From contig JAIDTO010000261.1 in NCBI GenBank assembly GCA_029060625.1, forward strand, positions 1 to 60,885: a DNA stretch of 60,885 nt, read 5' to 3'. Shown here one piece after another: positions 57,929 to 60,885 of this stretch. Made by a program: the position numbers and the translations under genes. Origin of the DNA: Muribaculaceae bacterium (GTDB lineage Bacteria > Bacteroidota > Bacteroidia > Bacteroidales > Muribaculaceae). Under the pieces are notes generated by a model. It was given only the letters and a program-made list of their open reading frames with translations, had not been told where the DNA came from and ran no database searches. Positions within the stretch are counted from its first letter, which is position 1. Every line of letters starts with the position of its first letter.

Positions 57929-58052
57929 ACTGCAAATTTAATGAAAATCCGCGACATTGGGGCTAAAATAAGGTCTCAAATTATAAGTTTTATAAGAATT
58001 ATGATATTTAGAGGATTTATTATTCAATTTTTTTGGCTAATTTTGCAGTATG
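57926..58052. promoter_or_regulatory. Divergent promoters abutting the xseA and tamL start codons
   Basis: Minus TAAATTTG-CAGT-ATG (57940-57926) and plus TAATTTTG-CAGT-ATG (58038-58052). Confidence 0.7.
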
Positions 58053-60413
58053 TTTCCACTCAGGCAGAGAATAGAAAGACTCTTTGTGCCGGTATTCGTC
58101 TGGATGCTGGCGATAGTTTGTATAGTCCTGTCAGGGTGTTCATCGAGCAAGCATGTGCCTGACGGAAGCTATCTTCTTGACAAGGTACACATCCGCCTGG
58201 ATTCAGTGGGGAAGGAGGAGCAGCTTGATGTGACGGAGATGCAGGCTTATTTGAGACAGACCCCAAACCACAGAATGCTCTGGAGCATAAAGTTCAGGCT
58301 TGGCTTCTACAATATGGCTGGAAGTGACTCCACCAACTGGTGGAATCGCTGGATGCGGAAACTTGGGGAGCCGCCTGTGATCTATGATCCGGCATTATCT
58401 GATGCCAGTGCCAGCCAGCTGATGCAATATCTTGCAAATAAGGGATATTTCAACGCTGATGTCACTATTGATTCCGTGAAAAATGAAAGAAAGAAGAAGA
58501 TAGAGCTTACTTATACCCTTGCTCCGGGTCCCCGGAAGGTGATCTCGCAGATGGAATATGAATTTCCGGATTCTGCTGTCAGGAGCATAGTGATGGCTGA
58601 CTCATCGAAGTTCCTTACTTATCCGGGACGCCCGTTGACAAGGGATATCCTTGAGGCTCAACGTACTGTTGTGACTGATGCACTCCGCAATAACGGATAT
58701 TACAATTTTGGCAAAGAGTGCATCACTTTTGTGGCAGACACTACAGAAGGTTCGTCGGATGTGGAGTTGATGATGAAGGTCAACTATCCTTCCGGGCCGC
58801 AGAAGGATCGGCTTGATTTGTATTCAAAGTTTATCATTCGCAAGGTCATAGTGATAGCAGACGCTGATGCTATAGATTCGGAGAACCCGGCATTGGCAAC
58901 CAGTCAAGATTCGGTCAGCTATCATGGTTTGGAAATACTATATGCAGATTCGCGCTATCTGCGTCCATCAGTGATTGCTGACAATTGTTATCTTTCGCCG
59001 GGCGATGTGTTTTCTCAGAAAAATGTTGATCGGACTTATCGTGCATTTTCCAGATTAGGAATCCTGAAATTTATCAATGTCTCTTTTGTGCCGGTTGGAC
59101 ATATCGGAGATGAGGGTGTTCTTGATGCTTACGTGATGCTGACACCCGGTAAGTCTCAGACTGCGAGTGTGGAACTTGAAGGCACTAATTCGGAAGGCGA
59201 CCTTGGAGTAGCCGTTGGCCTGACGTATTCCCACCGCAATATAGGGAGGGGATCGGAGACATTTACGGGTAAGTTGCGTGGCAGTTATGAGTCTCTTTCC
59301 GGCAACCTTGAGGGGTTGCTCAACAACCGGTATATGGAATACTCGGTAGACCTTGGGCTTTCAATGCCGGAGTTCAAGGCTCCTATTTCGCGCAGGATAA
59401 GGCGACGCATACAGGCATCCACAGAGATGAATTTCTCTATGAATTATCAGGAAAGGCCTGAATATACGCGCGTGATTTCTACGGCAGGATGGAGCTATAA
59501 ATGGATTGATGCAAGGAAAAACAACCGCCATACGTTTACTCCTATCGACATCAACTATGTCTATCTTCCTGCAGCGACCAACGACTTTATCGACCTCATA
59601 GCTCCCGACAATCCTTTGCTTCGCTACAGTTATGAGGATCACTTTATCATGCGCATGGGGTGGCGCTGGTATCATTCCAACAAACGAGAAGCCACCCCAT
59701 GGCAGAAAAATATGCAGCGTGACATCTATAATGTCAGGGTAAATGCCGAGATTGCGGGCAACTTGCTTTTTGCTCTCTCGAGCATTTTTGCGCATCGCAG
59801 TAATTTCCATGAGGATCCGTATAAGATTTTTGGTATACACTATTCTCAGTATTTTAAGCTTGAAGCTGATTATGCACTTCTTCATCGTTTTGACGAAAGG
59901 AATTCCGTTGCTTTCAGAGTAGGAGGAGGTGTCGGTATTCCCTATGGCAACTCTGAGATGCTTCCGTTTGAGAAGCGTTTCTATGGAGGTGGTGCCAATG
60001 GCGTGAGAGGCTGGGCTGTGCGTACTCTTGGTCCCGGAGCCTACCCGGGCCGCAACTCGGTGAGTGATTTTATTAACCAATGTGGAGACATTCGCCTTAT
60101 CACAAGTGCGGAATATCGCGCGAAATTGTTCTGGGTTCTCGAGTTGGGTGCATTTATAGACATAGGAAATATCTGGACTATCCGCGACTATCCATTCCAG
60201 CAGGGAGGAGTGTTTAAGTTTGATGAGTTCTATAAGCAGTTTGCGGCAGCATATGGACTTGGCTTACGTATGGACTTCAACTACTTCCTCCTTCGTTTCG
60301 ACCTTGGTATGAAAGCCCATAATCCGGCGATGGGAGAGAAGCCCTGGCCCCTTATATCGCCAAACTGGCACCGAGACTCCTCCTTCCACTTCTCCATCGG
60401 CTATCCGTTCTAA
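58050..60413 (+). CDS. tamL: BamA/TamA-family outer-membrane lipoprotein (TamL)
   Basis: Lipobox LSGC; GEPPV.YD, L.N.GYF, F.GG.N.VRGW..R.LGPG, G.GLR.DF.YF..R.D.G, ends IGYPF. Confidence 0.88.
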   Translation: MFPLRQRIERLFVPVFVWMLAIVCIVLSGCSSSKHVPDGSYLLDKVHIRLDSVGKEEQLDVTEMQAYLRQTPNHRMLWSIKFRLGFYNMAGSDSTNWWNRWMRKLGEPPVIYDPALSDASASQLMQYLANKGYFNADVTIDSVKNERKKKIELTYTLAPGPRKVISQMEYEFPDSAVRSIVMADSSKFLTYPGRPLTRDILEAQRTVVTDALRNNGYYNFGKECITFVADTTEGSSDVELMMKVNYPSGPQKDRLDLYSKFIIRKVIVIADADAIDSENPALATSQDSVSYHGLEILYADSRYLRPSVIADNCYLSPGDVFSQKNVDRTYRAFSRLGILKFINVSFVPVGHIGDEGVLDAYVMLTPGKSQTASVELEGTNSEGDLGVAVGLTYSHRNIGRGSETFTGKLRGSYESLSGNLEGLLNNRYMEYSVDLGLSMPEFKAPISRRIRRRIQASTEMNFSMNYQERPEYTRVISTAGWSYKWIDARKNNRHTFTPIDINYVYLPAATNDFIDLIAPDNPLLRYSYEDHFIMRMGWRWYHSNKREATPWQKNMQRDIYNVRVNAEIAGNLLFALSSIFAHRSNFHEDPYKIFGIHYSQYFKLEADYALLHRFDERNSVAFRVGGGVGIPYGNSEMLPFEKRFYGGGANGVRGWAVRTLGPGAYPGRNSVSDFINQCGDIRLITSAEYRAKLFWVLELGAFIDIGNIWTIRDYPFQQGGVFKFDEFYKQFAAAYGLGLRMDFNYFLLRFDLGMKAHNPAMGEKPWPLISPNWHRDSSFHFSIGYPF

Positions 60414-60501
60414 AAATTTAATCAAGTTTCGGATTTAGGAATAGACTGCTGTTTATGGTGGTAATGCTTTTGTTGCAGGGATGTTTAGGCGCGGGATTAA
60501 A

Positions 60502-60546
60502 TAAAAAAGGCAATCAGACGTGTCACCACTTTGCCGGTCTGATTGC
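60502..60546 (-). terminator. Minus-strand intrinsic terminator
   Basis: Minus strand GCAATCAGAC-17 nt-GTCTGATTGC-CTTTTTT. Confidence 0.7.
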
Positions 60547-60885
60547 GTGGAAACGTTTTCCGTTGTACGTTTTCCGTTTTCCGAAGGTCCCGGACGCGAT
60601 GCCGGGGGTGTATAGAGTCACGGATACTGTCATGCCGCGGCTGTCAGGGTCGATACACCGTTCCTGTGATCATATCAATGCTTGCAGATGTCAATTACCG
60701 TGACATTGGACCGTCAGGCCTCAGCTGTCCTAATAACCAGCATCTGCATTGACGCACCATGAGCGGGTGTGGCAGTCATATATCACTGGATGGCGCTTAT
60801 ACCCCATACGCCGACGGGTTGTTGCAGACTTGTAGACTAATTCTGACTCAGGGAGAGCCACGGGTCACACCTTGGTGAGCGGTGT
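60502..60885 (-). ncRNA. Candidate structured non-coding RNA (5' end probably beyond the window)
   Basis: GC-rich, no credible ORF, several stems, ends at a minus-strand terminator; no family recognised. Confidence 0.35.

Noticed and set aside
60455-60752. ORFs 60455-60703 and 60543-60752
   Set aside because: They cross a terminator hairpin and a heptamer array and have non-protein-like composition.

Overview
Chromosomal segment of a gut Bacteroidales bacterium. It is probably Muribaculaceae-like; this is inferred from gene content, TAnnTTTG promoters and short C-terminal secretion tails. Left end (1-3.9 kb): a GC-rich two-gene unit (Ig-like/BspA-LRR surface protein plus LPP20/NTF2-like secreted protein) next to the 3' end of tRNA-Pro(TGG). 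Next come housekeeping and envelope genes: DUF1573 x2, meaB, WecA-like transferase, wza, CpsB-type phosphatase, sugar aminotransferase, tcdA, wzi, fba, nnr, fumarase, peptidase C1 and rsmA. An AT-rich Wzx/Wzy surface-polysaccharide locus (about 22.5-42.2 kb) is split into divergent operons and contains rfbA-D, glycosyltransferases, an ATP-grasp ligase and a deacetylase. It is followed by a PL11 lyase and more core genes (obgE, topA, prfB, yidD, rnpA, xseA, tamL). No CRISPR array, transposase or integrase is visible. The most notable non-routine signals are: (i) a GC-rich, ORF-less, densely base-paired region with its own minus-strand terminator at the right edge (candidate ncRNA); (ii) a perfect 12-bp inverted repeat around the divergent polysaccharide promoters, with a variant in a third structured leader; (iii) degenerate 7-bp tandem arrays at many gene junctions, one inside rfbD; (iv) prfB lacking the +1 frameshift site; (v) a divergent, apparently leaderless xseA/tamL promoter pair; (vi) two REP-like palindromes bracketing an orphan acyltransferase. 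All calls come from reading the sequence; no database search or folding program was run.
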